Below are positions 1-8,993 of a stretch of 40,388 nucleotides of DNA, in pieces; the first letter of the stretch is position 1, and each line of letters begins with the position of its first letter. The DNA lies in IMG/VR virus record IMGVR_UViG_3300032373_001138, positions 1 to 40,388 of that record; one strand, 5' to 3'. Under the pieces are notes generated by a model. That model did no database searches and was not told the origin of the DNA. It saw nothing but the letters and a program-made list of their open reading frames with translations. Both the position numbers and the translations under genes were made by a program. The DNA comes from a virus. Lineage: Duplodnaviria; Caudoviricetes.

Positions 1-154
1 GACTGGATCATCAGCGCCAAACTTAATGAAAGCAAGGTCGAATTTATACTGTGCAAGGGGTTGATGTCAAGTTTTCCATCTACTTCCCCCCCTCCCCCGA
101 CTCAAACTCCCGATAACACCCGGTCTCAAATGACCGACTGGCTTGGACGCTTTT

Positions 155-409
155 CTATCGAACCAAACACCCCCTGGCCTGCGCCCGCATGACGGCATAG
201 TCGCTCAGCATTACCATTATCGCCGATCCTTCCGGCAGCACTTGCAGTTCCTTGGCAGCCCTCACCTGAAGCCCCGCATCATACTCCACCACCGGCGGGC
301 ACACCCCAACAACCGGCTCAGAACCGACCGTCGCGCAGGCGCTGAGCAACCTCGTCACGACCACGAGGACGGCGAGCCGCAGCCTCCAACATCCGGCGCT
401 GGATTTCAT
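155..409 (-). CDS. Putative o-spanin (Rz1-like lipoprotein)
   Basis: ATG at 409 (MKSSAGC...), hydrophobic stretch ending in lipobox LLSAC, Pro/Cys-containing mature part; overlaps the 3' end of the upstream Rz-like gene; last gene of the lysis cassette. Confidence 0.7.
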   Translation of the reverse strand: MKSSAGCWRLRLAVLVVVTRLLSACATVGSEPVVGVCPPVVEYDAGLQVRAAKELQVLPEGSAIMVMLSDYAVMRAQARGCLVR

Positions 410-584
410 TTGCTTTCTCCGTGTTTTCAAGCCGCTCAGCCAGCCGTCCGGCACGCTCGCCCGAGCGGCGTAGGGACAGCAGGAACAGCGAAACGGTCAG
501 TGCAATAGCCGCCCATTTCCCGACTGCCAGCGCAAAGCGGCTGCCGGCGAACCATGCGATGAGCGCGCCCATCAGCGCCGCCAT
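318..584 (-). CDS. Putative i-spanin (Rz-like inner-membrane protein)
   Basis: ATG at 584, N-terminal TM helix (KWAAIALTVSLFLLSL) followed by a charged coiled-coil; directly after the endolysin. Confidence 0.65.
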   Translation of the reverse strand: MAALMGALIAWFAGSRFALAVGKWAAIALTVSLFLLSLRRSGERAGRLAERLENTEKANEIQRRMLEAAARRPRGRDEVAQRLRDGRF

Positions 585-585
585 A

Positions 586-1260
586 TCATCGTTTCCCTCG
601 GCGCCAGTCATCCCAGCGGGCGTAGATGGTGATGCCGATGCCAATCAGGGCCATGGCGATGAACAACCAGCGCATTGTGTCGAGATAGGGGATCAGCAGC
701 TGGATCGCGGATTGCGTATCGGCCAGAACATCCTGAGCCACCTCGACCCCGGCCACGCCGACGGTCGCAACCCCGGCCGCACCTCCGCTTTTCATGGTGC
801 GGCTGTCGGTCAGGTTTCCGCGCAATCGCGGCGGCCCATCCGCAAACCGACCGGCCCGAGGTGGAAATGGATCGCCCCACTGGCGCGTACGTCCGGTATC
901 AATGTGCATGAAACTCTGCCGCGGATAAAACCCGAAGCCGGTGAACCCGACCGCACGCGCCGCCGCCTCAAAACTCACCGGATCATGGTTCGCCATGGAG
1001 ATATCGAACGCCGCGCCCTGCAGGTGCATGGAATGGGTCGCCCCACCGACCCGCAGGTTGTACTCCGGGCTGCGATAGACGGAATGCACAATCAGCGGCA
1101 CGCCGAGGCGATCGCGCAGCGCTTGCAGCAGATCAAGTGCCGCCTCATTGATCTGGATCTTGCCATCACCACGACAGGCGATTTCCTCGGGTGAAAAATC
1201 CGGCCAGCGCCAGAGTTTTTCCGGCACATTACGCCAGTCGGCGAAGGTATGAGTGGTCAT
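586..1260 (-). CDS. Endolysin, peptidase M15 family (Zn D-Ala-D-Ala peptidase fold) with C-terminal hydrophobic segments
   Basis: Motifs SVYRSPEYN, SMHLQGAAFD and FMHID typical of Peptidase_M15; GGAG RBS before ATG 1260. Confidence 0.85.
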   Translation of the reverse strand: MTTHTFADWRNVPEKLWRWPDFSPEEIACRGDGKIQINEAALDLLQALRDRLGVPLIVHSVYRSPEYNLRVGGATHSMHLQGAAFDISMANHDPVSFEAAARAVGFTGFGFYPRQSFMHIDTGRTRQWGDPFPPRAGRFADGPPRLRGNLTDSRTMKSGGAAGVATVGVAGVEVAQDVLADTQSAIQLLIPYLDTMRWLFIAMALIGIGITIYARWDDWRRGKR

Positions 1261-1276
1261 GGGGTTCTCCAAAATG

Positions 1277-1298
1277 AAAAAACCCGCCGGCGGGCGGG
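1277..1298 (-). terminator. Rho-independent terminator-like hairpin upstream of the endolysin
   Basis: Minus strand reads CCCGCC-CGCC-GGCGGG-TTTTTT. Confidence 0.65.
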
Positions 1299-1326
1299 CA
1301 TGTGGTTGCGGGGGTTTGAACTTGTA

Positions 1327-1608
1327 TCAGCCGAACAGCTTCAGCCGGACGGCAACTCCGGCAATGAGCGCCAACAACAATCCGGTGGTCAGCAGTCGAA
1401 CAATGGTCTGCCACGCGGTGCGCCGGGCCATGCGCAGGCTTTCCAGCAAGGTGCGTAGATCGTGGATGTCGATGGCCGCCTCAGGACCATCAAGGCCAAC
1501 ATCGGCGAGGGCACGACGCGCGCCTTGTTCTGCGGCGCGGACCAACATGGCTTCAAATTCGTCTTCAGGCATGCGAACAAAGCCCGCATCAATTTTGGGC
1601 GGGGTCAT
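1327..1608 (-). CDS. DUF6127-like small membrane protein, candidate holin
   Basis: 93 aa with one C-terminal TM segment (LLTTGLLLALIAGVAV); sits between tail fibre gene and endolysin. Confidence 0.7.
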   Translation of the reverse strand: MTPPKIDAGFVRMPEDEFEAMLVRAAEQGARRALADVGLDGPEAAIDIHDLRTLLESLRMARRTAWQTIVRLLTTGLLLALIAGVAVRLKLFG

Positions 1609-1632
1609 AGAGTTTTCCTCGTCGATCTAAAA

Positions 1633-3018
1633 TCAGGATATCGGGGCGGTTGGCAACAGATTCTGGATTGCAATCCGCACATCACCACCAGTGAAGTTAC
1701 CGCCATTGGCGGTCAGCACAATCGGTGATGCAGCGTAAAATGCCTCGGGCCCGATGACACCGACATTGGTGCTGCCTGAGGCCACGCCTAGGCTGCCGCC
1801 AAACTTTGCGATCTGCCCGGCAATGCCGCAGTCATAAGAGGTGGCGCCGGTAACGGATGTCAGTGTTCTGGTGGATACGCCAAGCACGATGGCGCGATCC
1901 GGAATGATGATGGTGGAGACGACCGAGACACCGGAAAGACTTGAGAGCAACTCCTCTGCGACATGCATGCCGATTGATGCGCCATTGATCGATTGAACAA
2001 TCGTCGCATTGGCGACCGGGGTGGCGGCGGCTCCGGAACCCGACCCCAACAGTGCCACATTATCAATGGCGGCATTGTTGTTGTTTCCGGTGCCCCGGGT
2101 CACATCAAGCGTGATGCGGGCGGTTGCGGCTCCGCCAGGTCTGGCAAGACTTAAGATCACCGGTGTTATGCTGACAAATCCATCGGTCTTTGAAACCGAC
2201 GTTGAGGCAAGTTTCGTTCCGCCTGCATCAAGAAGTTCCAGGGTGATGCTCGGGACATCCTGATCCTGATAATTTTTCAGAAGCTCCGCGGTTACCCAGT
2301 AAAGCGCGGATGTATCACCACTGATATCAATGTCTTGAAACGCGGTCACTTGAGGCTGTGCGGATCCTCCTTCACCGCCCGAGAACACATAGGTCCCGTT
2401 GCGGGTCGAATTTGCCCCAGCCGTATCGTATCCCGCCATTGTCGACCAGTCGGCCACAGCAGCCACACCTGTCGAAATTGTCCAGCCGGTAATATCACCG
2501 ATCTCAAAGTCACCGTTCACAACCGGCAACTTTGTCACCCCTCCCCCGCTGCCGCCACCAGAGGCCGGAATGACGAATTCCAATGCTGTCTCCGCCGTAT
2601 TCACCTGCAAAGTCTTGCCGCCCTGGCCTGTATAGGCTCCTGGCGTATCAATCAGGACGGTAAACGCATCGGGGCCCGTTACCAGAGCATTCCAGCCAGT
2701 GGCCGCATCAAAGGTGGTAACACCACCCGCCGCCTGATCCCAGGCGATCCAGCCGGTTTGCGGAATGAGCCGCAGCCATGCGCCACCCGAGAAATGCGCC
2801 ACGCTATCATCCCAACCCATCCAGGCACCGGTTGCGCTGGCTGCCACTATATAACGATCCCCTTCCGCCACTGCGCCGGGCGGTGCCGTCAAGTTAGCGG
2901 CAATCACCGAAAGCTGGACCAGCCCGTCGAGATGACTCAAGGCTTCATTCACGGTGACATGTTTCTGGGCCTGGGCGGCGGCAAGATAGGGCAAGGCGAG
3001 GTTCGGAGTGCTGGTCAT
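1633..3018 (-). CDS. DUF2793-domain tail fibre/receptor-binding protein
   Basis: N-terminal TPNLALPYLAAAQAQKHVTVNEAL...GDRYIV...GAW typical of DUF2793; internal NGDFE beta-sandwich-like region; follows the baseplate gene with a 4-nt overlap. Confidence 0.85.
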   Translation of the reverse strand: MTSTPNLALPYLAAAQAQKHVTVNEALSHLDGLVQLSVIAANLTAPPGAVAEGDRYIVAASATGAWMGWDDSVAHFSGGAWLRLIPQTGWIAWDQAAGGVTTFDAATGWNALVTGPDAFTVLIDTPGAYTGQGGKTLQVNTAETALEFVIPASGGGSGGGVTKLPVVNGDFEIGDITGWTISTGVAAVADWSTMAGYDTAGANSTRNGTYVFSGGEGGSAQPQVTAFQDIDISGDTSALYWVTAELLKNYQDQDVPSITLELLDAGGTKLASTSVSKTDGFVSITPVILSLARPGGAATARITLDVTRGTGNNNNAAIDNVALLGSGSGAAATPVANATIVQSINGASIGMHVAEELLSSLSGVSVVSTIIIPDRAIVLGVSTRTLTSVTGATSYDCGIAGQIAKFGGSLGVASGSTNVGVIGPEAFYAASPIVLTANGGNFTGGDVRIAIQNLLPTAPIS

Positions 3019-6000
3019 AGGGCTTCCTTGATGCTGATGGTTTGTTCAAACGCTGCGCCCCGACCAAGCGCGCCAAGTTGGTAAACCCGCAGGGTGAGGC
3101 TACTCACGGGACTGCCAAAGTCAGTGGCCTGCGTGGCGATCTCATAGATGAACGCCGACGTCGTCAGGCCAAGCACAGTGCGAACAACCGTGGCGCCAGC
3201 GAGGATTTCCAGATCATAGCTCTCTGAGGCTTCAACCAAGGGCGCTTCGGCCAGCACCCAACTATCCGCTGACAGGGACCGGGACCTTTGGGTCCAGCGC
3301 AAGGCGAGATCACCGTTGGACTCCTTACGCATACGCAGCTGGCACGGCGCGAAAGGCTTCCACCCCCGTCCCTCCGCGGTGAATGTCAGCGCCGCCATCA
3401 AGGCGTCAGAAGGTGCGGCACTGGCCGGTCCGACCCGCCAATTCCACGGCAGGCCAAGATCTGCTTCAGAGATCGACAAAGGTTGCAGCGCGGCATTCAG
3501 CAAGATGACCCGCGCGCCGGCCGGGGTCGGATCGCCGATGGCATCTTCAGTGCCGCGCTGGCCACGCAACAGGCGGGTCAGCCGGTATCGGCCGGGCGCC
3601 ACCAGTTCAATGTTGCCGGCCTGCACGATCTCCCAGATGCCGAATGGGGCCTCAATCGCCAGTGAATTGGCGCCGGCAAACAGCTCGGTGTCGGTCACGC
3701 TGGTCAGCATGCCGGAGGACAGATCAATGAGCAGTTCATTGCCATGATCAAAGCGCCAGACTGGTCCCGAGGGCAACTCAGCGGCAAGCGTTCCCATTTG
3801 CGCTGGTTGCCCAATGATGTCACGCAAGGTGAATCCTGCCTGTGAGGCGCTGCTCCAGACCGCTGCCGCGCCGTACCATGGTTTGGCAAATACGGCAGCG
3901 TAAGGCTGGTGGGCCGACACGGCCTCAGAGATTTGCGGCAGATCCAGAAACACAACCTCGGCCGGGCCAAAGATGGTCGTGCCAGGCAATTTTGCCGGAC
4001 GGACCTGACCGGGTGGTAAATCATAAATCGCGGCATCCGTCCGGATCGCCTCAATCGCGCGCGCGCCCGCGTCTGAAACCCGCCCCAGACGATAGCTCAC
4101 CAGCCGTGCGTCATGCGCCAGTGAAATCACATCACCGGGATCCAGAGCGAGGCGCGACGGCGGAAGGCTGGCCGTCAGGGTTTCCCGACCTACCCAGGCT
4201 TCCATCAGCGCGCGGCGACAGCGACGATCCGCTTCCTCGGTCGGAACCGCCAGCGGAAAGCTTTCGGAGGCAATGCGCGAGGCTGCAACCGTGACCCGCC
4301 GGGCCTCAACCGTGGCAGTATCATACTCTTCATCAGCCCGGATCACCTGCCATTTCAGCGCCTGAGGCAATTCGGTTTCCTGGCCGCGGCTCATTTCCAT
4401 CACGTCGCCCTGACCCGCGATAAATTCATCAGGTGTAATCGTTGCCACAGACTGACGCCCGCGGGTCTGAAACCGGATCACGCCGCCGCTTTCCACCGCA
4501 TCAAAGCCAAAGTGACGCGCCAGTGTCGCGATGGAGGCCCTCGGGCTTTCAAGTGCGGTGACAACAAACCCCTGCACGATATCGGCGAGTTCGCTCACAT
4601 CAATCAGCGCCACGTCCAGACCGACGCGCAGGCAAAGCTCGCGGACAAGAGAGCCAAGGGTAATTGCGCCGGCACGTCCATTCAGCCAATGGCCCAGTCG
4701 CCAGTTGGCGGCATCCGACCAGATATCCGCCCGGGCCGGGAAATCCGGATAGGGCCGCGCGTCCCAGGTCCAGACAGCCGCTTCATCCATGTCGACCATC
4801 GGCGTGCCGTAAGCGGTTGATATCGGATTTTTTACTGGCTCTGCCCAATGGCCGAGCATCGCAATCAGATACCGCCGCTGGATGATGTCATCCTGCCAGC
4901 CGCGGGAAAAATACGGCAAAGCACTTTCGGCTGATTTCGGATCAAGGAACACGTTTGGCTGATTGCTGCCGCGGTCGACCGCCGGGCAGCCGAGTTCGGT
5001 AAAACGAATTGGCTTAGATTGTGGCACCCAGACCGTGGGTGCGGCGTTTTCCACCCCAGCCGGACGTTCATAATGCGGGTTTGACCACCAAGCACAGATG
5101 TCTTTTGGGCGAAACACCCATGGCTTGCCATAGGCACCGTCGCTGATCGGCGCGCGGATCTGTGCAGCGCGATCGGCGCCTGTGGCATAGAACCAGTCAA
5201 AGCCCTCGCCACCTTCGATCCCAACGCGCAGATAATCGAGATCATGAATTGAGGCCCAACCAGCCTGCGCATCCAGATGATCCAACCCGTCGCGCCAGTC
5301 AGATAGCGGCAGGTAATTGTCGATGCCGATGAAATGAATGTTCGGATCAGACCACAGCGGGTCGAGGTGAAACAGAACATCACCAGAACCATCTGGCGGC
5401 TGATGGCCGAAATATTCCGACCAGTCGGCGGCATAACCCACATAGCCTGAAAGCACCTGCGGGGTGCCAGAGGTCAGATGGATATCAAAACCCGAGGCAA
5501 TCAGCCCATCATACATGATGATTTGCAGCTGTATCCAGCGGGTTCCGGCCGGCAGAACACCGCTGCCGCTGGTCGTGTTGGTCGGCACAGACACGCTGGC
5601 ATTGGTCGACGCGTCGAGAATGAGGCCATTAAAGGCGTGCGGGAATGAGATATCAGGTTCCCCGCCCACATCCGGCAGACCGAAGGCACGAAGTTGCAAC
5701 CTCGTGCCGCCCCAGACCCAGGTCTGCGTGGCGGAAAACTCCAGCGTGACATTGCCGGCATCGATATCGGCGGCTGAAATACCGGCCGTAATGACGTCGA
5801 TGCATTTGTAAACGGTTCGATTGTTGGTGCCGCTGGTATCGAGGGTTCCGGTGGTAACTTCCGGTAGCGGGGATTTCCAGTTCTCCCAGGTTGGGGCGGT
5901 TGATTCAAGAACACCCGCCGGGGTGTCGCCGGGATAGGGCACAAGGCTGAGATCGGTAAAATCCACGGGAATTGGATAAAGCCCGGTCGAGATCGTCACA

Positions 6001-7508
6001 AGATTGGCCACGTCAGCGGCCAGCTGTTTCAGGGCAGCGACCGCCGGGTAGCTGGTGGCCCCGTCCCGGATTTGGCTCAGGCCGCGAAGTTCAGAACCAA
6101 TCAGAAAGGCGTCGACTCCGCCCGCCGCAACACACAGATGGGCGTAATGCAGGATCATGCGGCGATAGCCCCAGTCATTGGGATCGCCGGTCCAGGATAC
6201 AGTCTCTCCGGAAACGTTGAAGTCTGAAACCTGTGCATTGCCAAAGAAAACCGCGACCTGTGCGGCGGCGGCCGCGGTCTTGTCCACCGTGCCGGCAAAC
6301 CCGGCGGCGGGAGAACAGGTGATCCGGCCGCGCCACGGATAGGCCGCTTGGCCGTTGAACGCAGCGTTGTCGGAATAAGGATCCGGCAAGGAATTGCCTG
6401 CCGGGATATCCATCAGCAGAAAGGGATAGAAGGTTAGCCGTTTGCCGCGGGCGTTCAGTTCCTTGATCGCCTGCACAATGGCAAAATCTGCCGGTGTGCC
6501 GCCGTAAGCCGGGTAACCTTCCGCATCCGCGCTCACCACGTAGGCAGATGCCCGATCCAAGCCGTTGACCGACCAGGCTTCCGGCGAGGTGATCTTGGTG
6601 GCATGTTCAACTCCGGGTCTGATCTGGCAATTCCCGGCATTGAGATCAGTGCCAAACCATGATGCAACCAGCGATACGCTTTCCACGTTCGGCAGGACGG
6701 TTTCAAGCTGGTCAAGCGCCACCACCATGTCGGTGGCCCCGGCGCTGGCATGCATGTTTTCCGGGGTCGTCGCGCCGGCCGTCCCCTGTCGGATCGGTTC
6801 GGTCGCATAGACAAATTCCCCGGAGCCGGGGATCAGCGTGACGGCCTTTATCTGACTTTCAATTTCGTCAATATCCTCCAGAGATCGAAACACTTCAAAT
6901 GAAAGCTGCGGGAGGCGATTGCCGAATTGCTCCAGCGGCAATTCCTCGAACATCACATAGGCGGTGCCACGATAGGCAGGCGCATTGCCGGTGCCCATTT
7001 TCGCCGCGATGAACGGGTCGGTATTTTGTACCTCGTCGCCTTTATAGGTTCGCCAGGTGATCCCACTCAGATCGAGCGGTTTGCCATCGGCCCAGATCCG
7101 TCCAATGCCGGAGATCGGCCCCTCGCAGAGCGCAACCGCAAAAGAGGCAGTGTAAAGATAAGCTGTGGTGGTGGTTTTCGGCCCGCCGCCCTTGCCGCCA
7201 CCTTGGGTGCTGGTGTTGACGGTTTCCGAAAAATCCGTCGCCCAGATGATATTGCCACCAATCCGCATCCGACCATAGATGCGCGGGATCACCGCACCCT
7301 CGGTCGAGGTGGTAACCGTGAGGTTTTCAAGCCGCGCGCCCTCGATACGTTGGCCGGGCGCGAGCGAGGACACGATCCAGCTGTCGATCATCGAGCCCGC
7401 AAAAGACCCGATCGCACCGCCAATGGTGGCGGCCGACACACCGAGCACGGCGCCGCCGATACTGCCGCCGAGCGCCGCCCCGGCCGAGGCCAGAAGAATG
7501 GAAGCCAT
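3015..7508 (-). CDS. GTA-type baseplate multidomain protein (megatron, RcGTA g15-like; glycoside-hydrolase TIM barrel plus phage tail domain)
   Basis: Motifs PAYRGTAYVMFEELPL, YGGTPAD, YAADWSEYFG, IGIDNYLPLSDWRDG, WTWDARPYP and NWRLGHWLNGR; 1497 aa. Confidence 0.93.
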   Translation of the reverse strand: MASILLASAGAALGGSIGGAVLGVSAATIGGAIGSFAGSMIDSWIVSSLAPGQRIEGARLENLTVTTSTEGAVIPRIYGRMRIGGNIIWATDFSETVNTSTQGGGKGGGPKTTTTAYLYTASFAVALCEGPISGIGRIWADGKPLDLSGITWRTYKGDEVQNTDPFIAAKMGTGNAPAYRGTAYVMFEELPLEQFGNRLPQLSFEVFRSLEDIDEIESQIKAVTLIPGSGEFVYATEPIRQGTAGATTPENMHASAGATDMVVALDQLETVLPNVESVSLVASWFGTDLNAGNCQIRPGVEHATKITSPEAWSVNGLDRASAYVVSADAEGYPAYGGTPADFAIVQAIKELNARGKRLTFYPFLLMDIPAGNSLPDPYSDNAAFNGQAAYPWRGRITCSPAAGFAGTVDKTAAAAAQVAVFFGNAQVSDFNVSGETVSWTGDPNDWGYRRMILHYAHLCVAAGGVDAFLIGSELRGLSQIRDGATSYPAVAALKQLAADVANLVTISTGLYPIPVDFTDLSLVPYPGDTPAGVLESTAPTWENWKSPLPEVTTGTLDTSGTNNRTVYKCIDVITAGISAADIDAGNVTLEFSATQTWVWGGTRLQLRAFGLPDVGGEPDISFPHAFNGLILDASTNASVSVPTNTTSGSGVLPAGTRWIQLQIIMYDGLIASGFDIHLTSGTPQVLSGYVGYAADWSEYFGHQPPDGSGDVLFHLDPLWSDPNIHFIGIDNYLPLSDWRDGLDHLDAQAGWASIHDLDYLRVGIEGGEGFDWFYATGADRAAQIRAPISDGAYGKPWVFRPKDICAWWSNPHYERPAGVENAAPTVWVPQSKPIRFTELGCPAVDRGSNQPNVFLDPKSAESALPYFSRGWQDDIIQRRYLIAMLGHWAEPVKNPISTAYGTPMVDMDEAAVWTWDARPYPDFPARADIWSDAANWRLGHWLNGRAGAITLGSLVRELCLRVGLDVALIDVSELADIVQGFVVTALESPRASIATLARHFGFDAVESGGVIRFQTRGRQSVATITPDEFIAGQGDVMEMSRGQETELPQALKWQVIRADEEYDTATVEARRVTVAASRIASESFPLAVPTEEADRRCRRALMEAWVGRETLTASLPPSRLALDPGDVISLAHDARLVSYRLGRVSDAGARAIEAIRTDAAIYDLPPGQVRPAKLPGTTIFGPAEVVFLDLPQISEAVSAHQPYAAVFAKPWYGAAAVWSSASQAGFTLRDIIGQPAQMGTLAAELPSGPVWRFDHGNELLIDLSSGMLTSVTDTELFAGANSLAIEAPFGIWEIVQAGNIELVAPGRYRLTRLLRGQRGTEDAIGDPTPAGARVILLNAALQPLSISEADLGLPWNWRVGPASAAPSDALMAALTFTAEGRGWKPFAPCQLRMRKESNGDLALRWTQRSRSLSADSWVLAEAPLVEASESYDLEILAGATVVRTVLGLTTSAFIYEIATQATDFGSPVSSLTLRVYQLGALGRGAAFEQTISIKEAL

Positions 7509-7513
7509 TTTTT

Positions 7514-8062
7514 TTAACCGGTCTTTCGTTTGACGGGATCGGGAAAACGGAAAGCGAAAGCGACACGGCGCTGCCAGCCGAGCGTCAGATATTCCTCAAT
7601 CACGCCGGTACGCTCATAGGCGTGGATGAACCGGTGGGAGCGCCCACTGCGGCCCTGACCCGAAAGAATACCGCAATGTTTGGCAATCGCGCCTGCACGC
7701 ATGCGAAACAGGATGACATCGCCGGTGCGGGCTTGCCCAACAGGAATTTCGGCCATCGCCGCCCGTGCCGCCTCAGCCAGAACCTCGGTCGGACCGGTTT
7801 CTCCCCAGTCGCGGGAATACGGTGGCACCGACCTGGTGTCATCCAGGGGTTCGGGCCCCACCACATCCCGCCAGACCCCCCGCAACAGGCCAAGGCAGTC
7901 ACAGCCGACCCCGCGAACCGATGCCTGGTCATGATAAGGTGTGCCAATCCAGCGCCGGGTTGCCTTGACGATGCGCGCCGGGACGGTATTGGCCTTGGCT
8001 CTCGCGTATTGCTCCGCATTACGCTGCCGCCCGTCGTTTCCTTTGGAAACGTCGTAGTTCAC
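7514..8062 (-). CDS. NlpC/P60 phage cell-wall peptidase (RcGTA g14-like)
   Basis: WIGTPYHDQAS-x-GVGCDCLGL and KHCGIL motifs; position between DUF2163 and megatron; GTG start overlaps the upstream stop (start uncertain). Confidence 0.88.
   Translation of the reverse strand: MNYDVSKGNDGRQRNAEQYARAKANTVPARIVKATRRWIGTPYHDQASVRGVGCDCLGLLRGVWRDVVGPEPLDDTRSVPPYSRDWGETGPTEVLAEAARAAMAEIPVGQARTGDVILFRMRAGAIAKHCGILSGQGRSGRSHRFIHAYERTGVIEEYLTLGWQRRVAFAFRFPDPVKRKTG
7997..8032 (-). repeat. Short palindromic element, GGCAG-hairpin-GAGA type (copy 1)
   Basis: Minus strand GGC-GGCAG-CGTAATGC-GGA-GCAATACG-C-GAGA-GCC, within the N-terminal extension of the NlpC/P60 ORF. Confidence 0.6.
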
Positions 8063-8943
8063 AGCACCGACCCTGTATTGGCATCGCCCTTGGCGGCGTA
8101 ACGAATAATGGTGTCCTGCCCCGGGATATGCGGAAAACCACGGAAGTTGACCGCATTGGCGAACTTGCTCTGACAGGTTTCAAAGCGCTTGTCGCAGCCG
8201 GCGACAATGTCAAAGGTATTGCCGATTTCGACCGTGCGCACTGGTGCTTCCAAAAGGGTAATCGTTACATCCGCGCCCGTTAGCGCGTGGCTCAACACTT
8301 CGGCCTTGCGGCCAGTATTGGTGCCGGTGAGCCAGGACAATGTTCCGAGTGCAAACCAGTCCTCGGCAAACCCCGAAAGGCCGGAGACCGCAAAGCCGCG
8401 ATCCCCCGAGAGCGCTACCACGGTGCCGGTTGCCGTGAAGGCCGGGTCAATCAGATCCACCCCGCAACGCATATCCCCCAAAGCCGCGTCACAACTCGCC
8501 TGAAACGTCCGCCCGACGGTTTGGCCAAGCACATGCGCAAGGGACCGCATCTCGGCGACAAAATGCAGCCGCCCGCGCCGGATCTGGCCGATGGCTCCGC
8601 GGCGCAGGAGGGCCCGTTGGCTGGTGTCGGCCCAGTTGACGCGCCAGATTTCCACCGTGGCATTGTCCCAGCGGCCATCGAGAATGTCGGTTTCGGTGAT
8701 GGTGTCCGACGTCAGCACGCCTTCGGCCTCCTGCGCATCGACCGCAAGATCGGAGCCGGAGCGGATTTCCGAGGCGGTGAAACCGGACTCGGGCTCAAAC
8801 GGTGTGTCGGCGAACGTCAGCGACAGATCGTGATCGGTGAACCCGAACACGTCGCCGTCGTTGCGGGTGAGCCGCCAGCACCAGGAAAGGGTCGTTGTGC
8901 CAGAATCCAGGTGGGTTTGCAGGGATTGGGGAAAGGATTTCAT
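8059..8943 (-). CDS. DUF2163 tail hub protein (RcGTA g13-like)
   Basis: TTLSWCWRLTRNDG..GFTDHD and C-terminal GCDKRFETC..KFANAVNFRGFPHIPG. Confidence 0.93.
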   Translation of the reverse strand: MKSFPQSLQTHLDSGTTTLSWCWRLTRNDGDVFGFTDHDLSLTFADTPFEPESGFTASEIRSGSDLAVDAQEAEGVLTSDTITETDILDGRWDNATVEIWRVNWADTSQRALLRRGAIGQIRRGRLHFVAEMRSLAHVLGQTVGRTFQASCDAALGDMRCGVDLIDPAFTATGTVVALSGDRGFAVSGLSGFAEDWFALGTLSWLTGTNTGRKAEVLSHALTGADVTITLLEAPVRTVEIGNTFDIVAGCDKRFETCQSKFANAVNFRGFPHIPGQDTIIRYAAKGDANTGSVL

Positions 8944-8954
8944 CGCCGAACCTC

Positions 8955-8993
8955 ACCTCTCAGTGAATGTTCCATTCACCTGCCGGTCACTTG
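8955..8993 (-). repeat. 39-bp palindromic insertion, GGCAG-hairpin-GAGA type (copy 2)
   Basis: Minus strand ACC-GGCAG-GTGAATG-GAA-CATTCAC-T-GAGA-GGT; removing 8955-8993 restores ...PLIEVRR-stop overlapping the next ATG. Confidence 0.65.

Noticed and set aside
1-154. Left flank as attL, tRNA or promoter (poly-C run, small CGGTC-N6-GACCG hairpin at 121-136)
   Set aside because: No matching repeat found at the right end and no tRNA fold; cannot be assigned without flanking sequence.
5440-6008. Baseplate insertion as an intein or a DGR variable region
   Set aside because: No intein terminal residues, no reverse transcriptase gene, and no template/variable repeat pair seen in the window.
8960-8980. 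In-frame UGA plus hairpin as a selenocysteine/SECIS signal
   Set aside because: The UGA lies inside the stem, the position is not a Cys-equivalent site, and read-through would add only 12 residues.
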